64,000 bases of DNA from Eledone cirrhosa. Lineage: Eukaryota. Shown piece after piece: positions 49,936 through 63,524 of this stretch. Position numbers and translations under genes: made by a program. Below the pieces are notes generated by a model, which was not told the origin of the DNA, did no database searches, and worked only from the letters and a program-made list of their open reading frames with translations. The stretch is taken from the NCBI GenBank assembly GCA_964016885.1, contig OZ024743.1, positions 101,742,001 through 101,806,000 on the forward strand. The letters run 5' to 3'. Every line of letters begins with the position of its first letter. Within the stretch, counting starts at the first letter, position 1.

Positions 49936-52155
49936 AGACAAAATATAATGATACATGATATACCCTGAGATGTTAAATGGTTAAGATTTAATCAAGGTAG
50001 TGATTAACCTAATAGAAAGTTTAACATTTATACGCTAATAATGAGAAAATGCGAAAACGTAATAAATTCAATAGAGAATGTATGAGTAAGAAAAACGTTG
50101 CTTAATGTAACATTTATAGAGATTTTAAAATGTATGATACTACTATTTATGTTTATCTAGGAAAACAGTCAATGAGAGCCACTGGAATAGGATATATAGA
50201 GAGGGAAAGATAAGGGGTAATATATGTAGAAGGAGATTTTTTCCGAAAGTTAAACGGTTAAGTTTGAAAATATTTAGTTTATGCTATTTTAGGGTGAAGA
50301 TTCAAGATTTTAGGTTTTTCTTTTTAAATTGCTGGTTATTTATATTTATTAGTTTTGTAAATTATATAAGTGTGTTAACATTTCTAAACTTCTGAATTTT
50401 ATGAGGATAACATTTAAAGGGCCAGCGGAAAGGAAAGTTTACACTGTTGAATATTTTCCTAAATGTAAACTTTACCTAAGATAATCATTGTCAACATATT
50501 TGGTATGTAAATCTTATGAAGTACTTATTGTTAGAAATATTTAAATAACGATTATGTATATAGATATATATTAATTAATGAGCCAGTATATTTTAGGTAA
50601 GTGATAACGAAAATAAAAATAAAATAATAGATTGAGGCATGCTAAAGTTAAATATATACCTATATATAACAGGGTGTTAATGCATTAATTATTCATAGTT
50701 CGAAATAAATAATAATAATCAAGAATTTAGAAGTTAACTAAAAATTATGTATCTATAGAAGAAATAACGCTCGAATGAAAGACACTTCTTTAATAACATG
50801 CCGGAACATTGATATACATAACATAATATTATTAACTTTGATCCATACCATTATTTCTTTATTTCTCTATCTTTATCTTCCTATCTAAGTTTTAAATTTT
50901 AGTTTAATATCCAACCCATACATTTTTACGGAACTTATTTCTAACTGTGAATCTTTCATGTGTTTTTGATCTCTTATTTATAATATGTATGTAATTATAT
51001 TTTATACGTTTTTAAATATACCTACTGCATTTTTATATCCATGATTCAAATATAGAGCAAATATACAAACTATAAATTATTATAGACCTTATTTATATAT
51101 ATACTGTATCAATAATACCTAATTTATATCCATATATACCTCCCTCTATCTTTCTATACATAATTTTTAGTTAACTTCTAAATTCTTGATTATTATTATT
51201 TATTTCGAACTATGAATAATTAATGCATTACACCCTGTTATATATAGGTATTTATTTAACTTTAGCATGCCTCAATCTATTATTTTATTTTTATTTTCGT
51301 TATCACTTACCTAAAATATACTGGTTCATTAATTAATATATATCTATATACATAATCGTTATTTAAATATTTCTAACAATAAGTACTTCATAAGATTTAC
51401 ATACCGAATATGTTGACAATGATTATCTTCGTTAAAGTTTACATTTATGAAAATATTCAACAGTGTAAACTTCCCTTTCCGCTGGCCAGCTAAATCCTTT
51501 AAATGTTATCCCCATAAAATTCAGAAGTTTAGAAGTGTTAACACACTTATAGAATTTACAAAACTAATGAATATAAATAACCAGCAATTTAAAAAGAAAA
51601 ACCTAAAATCTTGATTCTTCACCCTAAAATAGCATAAATTAAATATTTTTTAACTTAACCGTTTAACTTTCCGAAAAAAAATCTCCTTCTACATATATTA
51701 CCCCTTATCTTTCCCTCTCTATATATCCTATTCCAGTGGCTCTCATTGACTGTTTTCCTAGATAAACATAAATAGTAGTATCATACATTTTAAAATCTCT
51801 ATAACTGTTACATTAAGCAACGTTTTTCTTACTCACACATGCTCTATTGAATTTATTACGTTTTCGCATTTTCTCATTATTAGGGTATAAATGTTAAACT
51901 TTCTATTAAGTTAATCACTACCTTGATTAAATCTTAACCATTTAACATCTCAGGGTATGTCATGTATCATTATATTTTGTCTGATGAGGATGTACTCTTG
52001 TACATCCGAAATATGTATAATAAAATGTAATTGATCAAAAGAACATCTATTTTATTAAATATTAATAACTCTGGAAAATTATTTTTCGTAGAGTGCTTCC
52101 AATCTACTGTAAAACTCATTCTTTGATATACTCATTGAATCTTGTTTAACTCTTT
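49936..52155 (+). mobile_element. Non-coding fold-back element of about 2.2 kb: inverted arms of about 825 bp, spacer of about 390 bp, hammerhead plus conserved tail
   Basis: 49936-50760 is the reverse complement of about 51152-51982; the HHR follows directly and the tail ends in (TA)n. Confidence 0.9.
51970..52030 (+). ncRNA. Type I hammerhead with canonical core
   Basis: TTATATTTTGT-CTGATGA-GGATGTAC(tctt)GTACATCC-GAAA-TA(tg)TA-TA^ATAAAATGTAA: perfect 8-bp stem II and 11-bp stem I. Confidence 0.9.
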
Positions 52156-53289
52156 AATATATATATATATATACATATACATATACATATGCCAATTACT
52201 AGCTGGTGTTTTAACCAAAGGCAATATATATATATATATATATATAAATGGTGTATGTATATATATATATATGCGTGTGTGTATGTATGTACACACACAT
52301 ATATATATACAATCAGGTACATAATGACATAATGATGCATATACCCACACACATATACACACAAACACGTACATACACAGAGGCATATAAAGATGCACAC
52401 GCAAACGCATATGTACACATATACACTGATACAGAGTTACATAGAGATGCATATGCACACACACACGCACACACACAGTTACATAGTGACGCACACGTAA
52501 ACATATACATACAAATATTTGAAATATATGGCATGGATCTCCACCGGTTTCGACGACGAGTGTTCCAGTTGTTTGATGAACGGAACAGCTTGCTCGTGAA
52601 AATACATTTCACAGACACGTGTACACTTAACATAATTCTCAGGGAGATTCAGCGTGATATATTGTGCGTCAAAACTGAACCTTTGAATTAGAGTTACAAT
52701 CCATCTTGTATTATAGTGTACATGGCTGAGCATTCCAAAAGCACGTGAACTATAACGTAATTCTCAGTGAATTTAGCGTGACAATGTGTGACAAGACTGG
52801 CACGTTGAGTTACTAGGGCAACATTTTATTGTTAGTTGAGCGGATTGAGTAATGTGAAATAAAGTATTTTGCCCAAAGACAAAACGCGCCGCCGGAAAAC
52901 CCAAAACAAACCCCACATTATGAAGCGAACACCATTAAGCCATATATATAATTCTTTGTTTATAGGACCGAAATATAAAGAGAAATACTAAGCAACAGGA
53001 AGAGTGGGAATTTACATAAAACGTGTAAAAAAAGTAAAGCAGATAACAATTATCAATAAATAAATAACAACGGAATTCCTCATATGAGGGCATCATCCAG
53101 GGGTAGTTTCGTAACGCCAAAGATCCGAAACTACCCTAATCAACAAGAGAATCCTAGGAAGGTACCCCCTCCTCTCTGAACACTCAACCTCCAGGCGCAT
53201 TCCCAGAGTAGGCACATTCATTCGGGCATTCTCGCTAAATTCATCCATATCTTAAGAAACGTACTGGCGACGAGGAGGCGGGTAGGCAT

Positions 53290-55090
53290 CACTTTCCGCC
53301 AAACTTCATATTTGTTTCCAAGTGGAACTTGAAAAAGTTGATGATGGCTTGGCCGAAGAGGAAAGTGTCTGTCTTCAGTCCTTTCAACACACAATCTCTT
53401 TCGCTATAGCCACCAGACAGAGAAAATCTGCTTGCCCCTCCCGGGCAAAAGAGGGCAGCGGGGCGATTTTCACGATGGAATCGGCCCATTGGATCTGTCC
53501 TACAGGCAGCAATAATTGTTCGATAAAACTCCATAAATCAGCAATGTCCTGACACTGGACTAGTGCGTTCAGAACGCTTTCGTCGCTCTGCACGCTTCTC
53601 CGACAGGTCCGTCTGACAACACTTCCGTTCCTGTAGAATTTAAACTGGTGGTGTCCCGCTCCTGTCGTACTGCCAAGCGAGGGATTTCTGTGAATTATCT
53701 ATAGGTCTCGGAAAGAAGTTCCTCTGGAACAGACTGGCTACTTCATTCTTGTGGACGCATAGTGTCCCCAAGAACGTCGTCGCACTTGCCCATCACTAGT
53801 CCTCTGTAGTACGCTAACGTGGAATTTCCACTGACCACATTACTCGATTGGTAGAGGTCTGTGAGCGCTTGAAAACATTTGAGTTGCCAGGCGTCCAGCC
53901 TCGGTCTTTGCTTGACTCATGACTGCAGCTCAGTTAAAGAGATGAGCTGTAGAAAGACGTTCCTCACAAACGGCAACCACACCTGTTCACCATTTAGGAA
54001 TATCTGTAAATGACAACCTCAGCGCATGTTTGCGTACTATCAGCAACGTCATGTCCATCCCCACTCGCAAAGAGTGCTAGCAGCAGATGGACCGCCTGAA
54101 TAATGGAACCTCTCCTTTCCATAAGAATTGAAAGGGAAGACGCTGCAATATAGTGAAGCACGAACAGAAGCAAGGCACGACAGTCAATCGGTAATAGATG
54201 ACGGAAGCGTTATACAAATTCACCACATCCACTCAATCTTTCAGGGATGGCTACCTCTCGTCACCTGGAGGTCTGGACCGAATCAGCAACTTGACTGGTC
54301 CGTCTGTCCAGCGTCCGACGACGCTGTTGAATTTCGTGGATTTTCCTCTCCAGGTGCCGAGCTGCAAACCTACTGACTTATCCGGGTTGATGTTTGGTTC
54401 TGACAACTATTAATATTCCCCTAAAAAATTGCCGACTACCTCGATTTCTTAAGCGATCGACACAATCTCGGTGATGTCGTCCGCATATGCCAATACAGCC
54501 ATTCCACATCCTTGTTCGGTCAGGATGCCCTGTAGGAGCCTCGTCTCGCAGTAATGGCTCGTGAGTCAGTGCATACAGAAGGTAGGAGAGAGGGTATTCT
54601 TGACGGAGCGAGCGCGTGATCTAAAACGGTCCCGATAGGTGATCATTTACACTGACCATCGAGCAGATGTCGCTGTGCATTGCAGTGATCTGGCCTCCGA
54701 ACAATGGACCGAAACCGGCTGCCTTGAGGACACCGTCCAGGTATCGATGGTCGACTCTATCAAAAGCTTTCGGTTGATCTAAATTGATCAGAGTCCCACC
54801 GAAGTCATGTTTACTCTCTACCCCTGTTTAGGGTGTATTGCATGAGATGGAAGTTGTGTATAGAACTTGTCGAGATTGCACATTTTTGCGTTTTCCTTAC
54901 CATACTTTTGAAGAAATGTGCCAATCTCATTGGCCAAAATCTTAAACTTTGTGTTGAATAGAGTTATGGGCCGAGAATTATAAATAACGTTCCGTTTGTT
55001 CTCGTTTTTCCTCATCAGTATTAATACAGCTCTACTTACAGAGCTGTAAATTCTCCCATTCTGGCTGCCAGTTGCAGTAAACAGTGTCTG
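53290..55090 (-). pseudogene. Degenerate Tx1/L1-clade ORF2 (RT to C-terminus)
   Basis: Minus-strand remnants: RPITLFNTKFKILA, LINLDQ, KAFDRVDHRYL, VRQEYPLSYLLYALT, AYADDIT, ESVLNALVQC. Confidence 0.82.
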
Positions 55091-55394
55091 GCATGTCTTT
55101 AACGAAGGGTATAAGTAAGAGATAGTTAAATGGATTAACACGATTGTTAGATGAAATAACAATAATAAATGCTTTTAGTTTATATATGGTTTACTTCACT
55201 TCAAATTAAAAAGTATAATAAAACAGTTACCAAGAGTTGCGAAGGTTGACCATGTTATTTTGTTGTTGATATGAAAACAGCGAGCGACGAGATAAAGTTT
55301 GTTGGTGGTTACAGTTTGTTGCAGTCGTCATAGTAGTTTTCGTCGTGAGGCTGAGACCATAGTGAGTGAGAGATAGTAATGGTCTGTAATTGAT

Positions 55395-55640
55395 TGTAGA
55401 CCACTGTGGCTTGTAGATAGCGGAATGTCTTTCACATAGCGGGTCTGTAGTAGTAGGGCTCTGATCTCTCTGTATCTCTGTAGACCTCTAGGGTCTGTTG
55501 ATAGCGGTGAATCTTTACATAGTTTGCTGTGTAGCGTAGAGCTCCGATTTATATGTCTTTCTGTAGACCACTGGAGTCTGTTGATAGTTGTGAATCTTTC
55601 ACATAGCTTGTTCTGTAGTGGGGTGCTCCGATGTCTCTGA
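55395..55640. repeat. Minisatellite of about 84 bp, 3 degenerate copies
   Basis: TGTAGACCxCT..TGTxGATAG..TCTTTxACATAG..TGTAG..GCTCxGAT at about 55395, 55480 and 55562. Confidence 0.75.
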
Positions 55641-56140
55641 CTAAAGTAGGATGATACAGGCTTTATATACCTGTCGCTTCCTGTCTCCCACCTTGAACCT
55701 GTTCACATCAAAAGGGTGGTGACCTAGAATTTGACCTCTAGGTGTCACCCAAGGTTCAAGGCGCGGACAGATTTCGCTACATGTCTATGTAAAACTCGTA
55801 AGGTAGACCACCCAAAGCGGGCACTTAGTGCTTCCCGTCTGTTATCGATTTTTGGTAACAACTTGCATTTCTCACTGGCAGGCCGTCAAGGTAGAAACTA
55901 TCATCCGCCACTATCTCTGTACTCCGCTTACCTCGAACAGTTATGCAATGTGCCACTGAAAACCCGTACACATCTGCTTGGAATCGAGAAGTACGTGCTT
56001 GTTTCAATTCGTCAAAGGCCGAATTGTGGCTTTATTCCCACGCTGCGCCTCTACCACCCGGGCACATCAAACAGCTTTCTTTCCTTCGTGCCTTAGAGTA
56101 CATAAGTAAGCCATATACATAGTAATAATTATTTCTAAAA

Positions 56141-56675
56141 ATTGTTTCTACTTTTGGCACAAGGCCAGCAATTACCCCAGTACATTACTGGTGCTTTATT
56201 TTATCGACCCCGTAAGGATGAAAGGCAAAGCTAACCTCGGCGGGATTTGAACTCAGAACGTAAAGAGCCAAAACTCCTATGCATAATAATAACTGTTTCT
56301 ACTTTTGGCACAAGGCCAGCAATTACCCAGTACATTACTGGTACTTTATTTTATCGACCCCCGTAAGGATGAAAGGCAAAGTTAACCTCGGCAGGATTTG
56401 AACTTAGAATGGCAAGGGTCGTAGCTCTATGCGTGAAAGCATGACGTCGACCCTCTACTGATACTACCAATCCACCACTCCTATGCATAATAATAATTGT
56501 TTCTACTTTTGGCACAAGGCCAGCAATAACCCAGTGTATTACTGGTACTTTATTTTATCGACCCCGTAAGGATGAAAGGCAAAGTTGACCTCGGCAGGAT
56601 TTGAACTCAGAATGGAAAGGGCCGTAACTCTATGCGTGAAAGCATGACGTCCGACCCTCTACCGATACTGCCAAA
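56141..56675 (-). mobile_element. Three head-to-tail SINE copies
   Basis: Same SINE body, separated by CTCCTATGCATAATAATAA. Confidence 0.9.
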
Positions 56676-56748
56676 ATAATGATATATACTGTAAATTCAT
56701 ATAACAACAACAACAACAATAATAAAAAATAATAATAATGATAATGAT

Positions 56749-56785
<37 letters not shown>

Positions 56786-56859
56786 CATGTAGAGAGAGGG
56801 GGGAGAGAGAGGGAGGAAGAGAGAGAGAGAGAGAGAAGAGTGAGAGAGGAAAGAAAATT

Positions 56860-56905
56860 GTAAATCCTTTATCCGAAACGCATGGGACCGGATGTGTTCC
56901 GGATT
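56860..56905 (+). mobile_element. Possible pogo/Tigger-type terminal remnant
   Basis: ATCCTTTATCCGAAACGCATGGGACCGGATGTGTTCCGGATTT resembles Tigger4/MER46-type ends (from recall); no partner TIR was found. Confidence 0.3.
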
Positions 56906-57843
56906 TGTGAATAATTGTATATTGGCAGCTACAAAATGGGAGCAGCTTGTGGCTGGATTGAAGCCAAGTCTAAACGCACCTCAAGTTAACATTTCGCTAT
57001 GAAGTCTAAGGAGCTATCATGAACTGTAGGTTTTGTAGTCGTTGTAGTTGTGTGCTACTCAAGTCGATATTAGGTGTGTGTGTGTGTGGGGGGGGGGGGG
57101 GGGTTAAAGCAATAGAATAGAACGACATAAAATTGGTTTATTATTATTTTATATACCATAAATGTGGATTTATAGAAATTTCTGTTTTGGCTTGTTTTCG
57201 CACGACATGCAACAGTTTCACTTTGGTAACGTTTAGCTTTTCACAAAAGGAAAAAAATCTGTTTTCCACTTTCATGTCAGTTTGTCAAACATATAAAAGA
57301 CCTACAAGAAAATTCTACAACTTACACGTAATACACAATTCGATTCTCCACACGGTTCCTTGTCCACCTTTTCCCATCTCCATCGGTATTTTATCCTATT
57401 TTTTCTACTAGCGTTTACAGTTGTTAATCTGCATTATGGCGACTATATCAACAAATTTACTTTTGTTTCATGCTCACATACAACAGCATCTCTTAAAAAC
57501 TCTGAGAATAAATAAGTAATTTATAGTTCACCTCCATTTAAAAAAATAATATTTTAACATTTATAAGATCAAAATAAATAAATAATGAACTGACCGAAAG
57601 TTATAAAATTTCATAAGTAGGTTGTTCCGTTGATCGAACAACTGAAATACGACCATCGAAGCCGAGGAAGGTCAATTCCATTTCTAATAATATAATATTG
57701 TTTATCGTTAAACATACTTTATCAGATGATTTTAAACATGGCAGAGTCCCATCCTTTCCCAGGACTGAAAATAGCCGATTCTTATATACATATATATATC
57801 TAATGTCTCTCTCTCTATATATATATAGCTAATCTCTCTTTCC

Positions 57844-57874
<31 letters not shown>

Positions 57875-60800
57875 GAGAGAGAGAGCGAGGGGGGAGGAGG
57901 GAGAAAAAGAACCGACTCTAATTCTTGACTAGTAATTCTTTATCAACATCAAATGTATGAAACGCAAAGAAACTTTGGCGGGATTTGAACTAAGCGATCG
58001 TAGAGAGCCGAAATGAATTCTTCGAAGCATTCTAACCGACATTTTAGCGACTCAACCAATTCGCCGTCTCTGCTCAGTAAACTACCGTCGCCTTAATCAA
58101 TATACTGTATTTAAGGTTTGCCAATGAGAATGAAGGGAGGTGAGGTAAGCATTCAACGATATAGTATAATATCGAAAATATATCATCTGAAATCAATAAT
58201 GTTGGAAGAAGAGAGTTATTAGATTATATATCTTAAAGAATGAAGACATATGTGTGGCGAACGGTTAAATATTAAAAAGAATTCGGTCATACACGAAGGG
58301 GAAATAGTACAAAATATAAGACTGATGTGTAAAGAATGCAAATACATAAGGGACAGAAACACAAAAGAATGAAAAAGAGCAGATGCATAAGAAGACAAAA
58401 GAAAAAAATAGCCCTGTAGCTGGAATCTGTTTTTATAATAAAATAAAGTTGTTCATAAAATATTTACGATAGCATTCTATCGCATTATTTCTATTTTCGT
58501 ATTATTTGAAATAAAATTTTCACAATTTCTATTTTATAATCAACCATAAATTGTCATGATATGGGTTGTGATTCAGTATAATGACGTATTGATTTTAAAT
58601 CAACGATTTCATGACTTTGTTGTAAAAATAATTTCTGAAAATTTCAAATCAGGAAAATAATGCTTATCAAAAGAGCTTAATCAGTTGTAAAATCTATAGG
58701 GGATATTTTCACTTTGATATCAGTTTATTCTCCACATAAATCAATCGATCGATCAATAAGGAATGATCTCATTAAATATTGATTTGTAGTTTATAGTAGA
58801 TGGGCTTTTTTATTGAAAATAATAATGATAATAAAAAACAGGTAAAACATTAGCCCAAGAGAATACATTCTTGGGAATTATTTCTTTCGTGAGACGTTTG
58901 TTGCCGAAAATAAATTGTTTCTATAGAAAACTACAGATATGTTGGTTAGAATGCAATAAAGGCTGGCGTAAGTCATGGTCGGCATTCAATGTGATGTCGT
59001 GATTGTAATGCGCAGTAGTTTCTGCCGAGGGGATGGGTTATAGAAGCTAGCTGGTATCAACACAGGTAACTGGGTATACATAAATGTAGTGTAAAATATC
59101 ACGTGGGATTAGCTCTCAATGTTTATACACATCCGAACAGCCCGGAATCTCGGAGTTGCGCCCTATCATTACATAATAATTAATGAAAACTACAAATATA
59201 CGTATGCCATACGGTGTTGTAAATACTCTAATAGAGAGATGGACTTCTGCCAGGTTTGACATGCCAGAGACAAGTCGTATGTCACAACGGCACACCTCCG
59301 TCCCCATCAGGGATGGTCAGACCTGGATAGGAGATTAACTCTACCATGTTTAATACTTCAGCGCCTCTACGACTCCACCAGGAATTACGGGCCCATATAT
59401 ATATGTCATAAGACTGTTTAATTTCGTCGAGTCAACGAATTGGTTTTGACCCGTGGCATCACTAATCTTGGAATATGCACGAACTAATGTTTTGTATTTC
59501 CCCTTCAAAAGCGAAACTACCGATGAGTTAAACTACCAGCCGGAACGTTGTTTCTTTCCTATTTACGGCGTTTCACTGGATCATTGTCCAAGACAACTTT
59601 AAAATGGACTTATTAAACAGATAGCAAATAGGTTACCCTTGGTCAGAACAAGATATCGCTTTAAGTAGCAGGATTTAAAAAATTCCATTAAGTTGTACTA
59701 CTGGTTTGAATGCAGTATGGAGAGTTTTCTTATTGTCTTTTTCAATATAGATCATGAAGATAACGTCTTCACTGGTACGCTACGATTTCATGTAAAGTGT
59801 AAAAAAAGTCAACAACTTTTCATTGCCCTTTTGCATAGGCAAATTCAGTGTTTCATCTGGCAATGTGGTGAGAGTGACAGAGTAAGTAGAAAACCTTTAG
59901 TGAATCTGTTTCGACTATAATGTGAATCCTATATATTTCATACTTTTAACGTAGCACTATCCCATTTTCTCAAATCTGATTTGCCCTACATGAGTCATAA
60001 TGGCGCAGACTTATGATCAAAGAAGTTCCAGCCATGATCATACCATATTTTTGCATATCCAGGACTACAATATCTATTATGGCGATAGATATTTTATGAG
60101 AGACTTGGCTGATATTTCAAGACGGTCGAGTTGTCACGTATACGCTCAATGGTTAGCCCAAGATAATGAACATTAACTATACAGAGGAGTAGTAAATGCG
60201 AATGAGCTATAAATAATTGCAGTTAATATACTTTACAATATTTACTTTAGTTTATTCATGATTCGAATTCAAGTCATGGAGAGGTGGTCTAACTTTTCAT
60301 AAAACCTAATAAGTACCAGATATGAATTCGATTCAATTCAAATGACGAGAGGTCTTGCATGTCACTCAAATGGAATAATATTAATGGAGATATAAAGAGA
60401 GAAATCTACTAAGAATCTAATGTCAGTCAGCCAACACTCCTGCCTCAGGAAACTAACAACTGTAATTAACTTATCAGATATCTAGATTTACAGATAACTT
60501 TACTCCAACTTTAATTACTATATGATTTCGTATGGTAATTTATTGCCAGTTTCTTCGTCGAGTGGCGTATCACTTACGAAATGTTTCGTCAAATTGATGA
60601 TACCTCAAGTCGAGGTGAAGCATCTGTTTACGATCAAGAATATCTAATCTGTATATATATATATATCTTGTTCTTTCCCCACCAGCACATGTACGCATAC
60701 GCACACGCACGCTTGCACGTACATACACTCACACACTCATACACATTTGTAAATATATCTGTGTGAGTGTGTGTGTATGTGCGTCTAACCTTTTGTCTGT

Positions 60801-61497
60801 GTATCTATCTCTCGCTATATATACACACATAAATACATGAATATACATTTATATATAGGCACATATATGTATATATGCCTATATAAATATATATATTACT
60901 GCTCAAAGTTCTGTTACACCAATTCTGTTACATGACTATTTCACTAAAATCACTGCTCACGACTCGAAAATTTGGACCCCTTATCTGGAATATTCTTAAG
61001 GTTAAAGTACCAAACCTCAGAACCAAATATAAAGGAAGGAGAGGAGATGATATTCAGACCGGAACAAAAAAACAATATTTCCTTTCGCCTTTCCATTACT
61101 GATACCATCTGCCAATCGCAAATCCTGACAGAAGGAGATATAATTTGAATTCAGAACGCATAGAACTGGATAAGAGACTGCAAAGCATCCCTTCCGTCTC
61201 TATAACAATTCTACTAATCTACCGTCTCTGGGCTGGTACTTTAGTTATCGTTTCCGAAAAGATTAACAAGTAAAGCTGACAATGTCAGTATTTATACTAA
61301 CAATGTAGAGACCTGGAGCAAATACCCAACGATCTAACAACTTAACGAAATCGGACGCCTTGCTTATTCATTCTTAGATATGTATGTACCCAAGTAAAAT
61401 ATATACGCTCATGAACATAGATGCATATTTCCTCATCATGATTTCATGCGTTGGTTAAGGAGAGACAGGTATAGTTCGATTAAGTAACATTAACACA

Positions 61498-61848
61498 TTC
61501 ATCATCATCATCGGGTGGCCTCGGCCGAAATGGACTCAACAATTGATCTCCACGTGGGTCGTCATTCATTGCCGTTGCCAATTCTTGGATTTCAATACCA
61601 GAATCTCTGGAGATGACATCGGGATAGGAGAGCTTGCGCCCCCTTTTATTAGTGACTGATTGTGGTTTCCAAAGCACTAATGGGGACACAGCCTCGTAGG
61701 TGGCACAATGGGAATGGCCGGTAAATCTTACTCTCCTCTTACGTAGAACGACTGATATGCGTGGGAAGGCGGCATATATCTTTCTCAAGGCAGATGTTGC
61801 CAGCTTATGTTCTGAATGCGTTGAAGCAGGCGAGTGTAAGTGCCATAC
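61498..61848 (-). pseudogene. 3' end of an RTE-like LINE with (GAT)n tail
   Basis: TRLLQRIQNISWQH, KIYAAFPRISVVLRKRRVRFTGH..LVLWKP..RGRK..YPDVISRDSG; tail GATGATGATGA. Confidence 0.7.
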
Positions 61849-62351
61849 ATTACTGGTAGTGGCGAGATGACAGAATCGTTAGAAGTTAGATGGAATGATT
61901 CAGTCTGTTCATTTCAGTTCTCTGCACACTTTGTTCAAATAACACTGAAGTTAACTTTGCTTTCCATCCCTTTGAGGTCCATAAATAAAATACCAGTCGA
62001 AAACTGAGGTCAATGTTTACTCTATATCTTTGTCTCACTTTTGCTGTTTGTCTGTTTATCTCCATCTCAGGAAGACATCGACTATGTTCAGGTTTAAATA
62101 CCCAAGACGGAGTAGAGTATTATGGCATCCCTACAAATTAACCAGGAGTTATAAAATCACGGTTCATAGCATATTATTGGTATATACCGATCAGAAATGG
62201 ACTCACAGCGTCTTTATACATAAAATACCTTATGGTGCAATACATTTCTGTAACTGTATCTATCCATATCTTATCTCTTTCTCTTAATTTCGAGTATATT
62301 TTTTTGACCGGCCACCTTCCTGGTGGCAAGGTTGTAAAAGAAAAGAAATTG

Positions 62352-63250
62352 TCATCCCTTGAATCGCAAGAATGTTTTGCAAATTTTGAAGGTGCCAGCT
62401 TTCGCAGACATTTGTAGACTATGAATTAGGGAGCTGCGCTCTTTGTCCGCAAATCCAAGTTCAGTCATACCTTGGTCCAAGCGGGTTGGTATATAACCCG
62501 TAGCTCCAATAATGATGGGTATGAAGCTAAAGGTGTATCTTGGATACTGGATTTGTAAACTCCTCATCAATGGTCCGTAGATGTCCTCCTTCTCCTGTAT
62601 TTTTCTGACAACGTTTACATCAAGTGGGCAGCTGATCTCCACAACAGAACACGTTTTCAATGTGTGGTCCCAAACAACAATATCAGGCCGGTTGTGCTTT
62701 AATTTGGTGGCAGTTTTTATTTTCAGGTTCCACCAGTATTCCTTAGAGCCATCTGTCTCAATATATTTTTCCTCGTTTGTTGTTAATTTTGTTTTCCGAA
62801 GTGCTTTCCAGATGCTTCTAGCTATTCCATTGTGTCTCATGGGGAGGTAGTAGCGAGATGACATTGTTTCGCAGCTGGCAACAATGTGGCTTACATCCTC
62901 GATCTTTGTTTTACATAGCCTACATTTATTGTCAGCTGATGGCCTTCCCCCTTTTGTGCAGCAGATATTTAGTAGGGAGTTCTTGTTCCTGTATTACATA
63001 GAGATATCCCTCAAGGTATGATGTCATAAACTTGTCAGAACTCCATGCCAGGCTTTTTGAGTGGTTTATCCCCTCTATGGTCTGTTTTACGTCTCAAGTA
63101 TCCATCTACAACTTTTTCTGTAAATTGGTCGATTTTTTCATCTTGTTTGAACATTAAATAGGATCTTCCGATTTTTCTGGGTGAGAGATTTATATCAGGC
63201 TTTATTCCATATCTCTCCTCCAGATCAGTGGCTATTCTAATGATATATTT
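62352..63250 (-). pseudogene. R4/Dong-like C-terminus: zinc knuckle plus restriction-like endonuclease
   Basis: CRLCKTKIEDVSHIVASC, RHNGIAR, HNRPDIVVWD..VVEISCPLD..KIQEKEDIYGPL..FIPIIIGATG. Confidence 0.9.
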
Positions 63251-63251
63251 T

Positions 63252-63326
63252 TGTATGTATGTATGTATGTATGTATGTATGTATGTATGTATGTATGTAT
63301 GTATGTATGTATGTATGTATGTATGT
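63252..63326. repeat. (ATGT)n microsatellite
   Basis: Read directly. Confidence 0.95.
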
Positions 63327-63524
63327 TCTTCTGGTTTTATAATTTCCCAAATTTTTGCCAATAGAGAGAGAGTCGGTTTCTAACATAGACACAATACTCT
63401 CATTGGAATTTACACATCAACTAGGTAGATATGTATGCATGCATGTGTAGATATGGATGTTATTGTATGTGTGGATGTGGATGTTTTTAGTTGTATGTGT
63501 GCATGTGTATACGCAGTTATTAGA

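Noticed and set aside
57000-61400. Short ORFs as possible host exons
   Set aside because: No recognisable domain or supportable splice structure; small exons cannot be excluded without RNA-seq.
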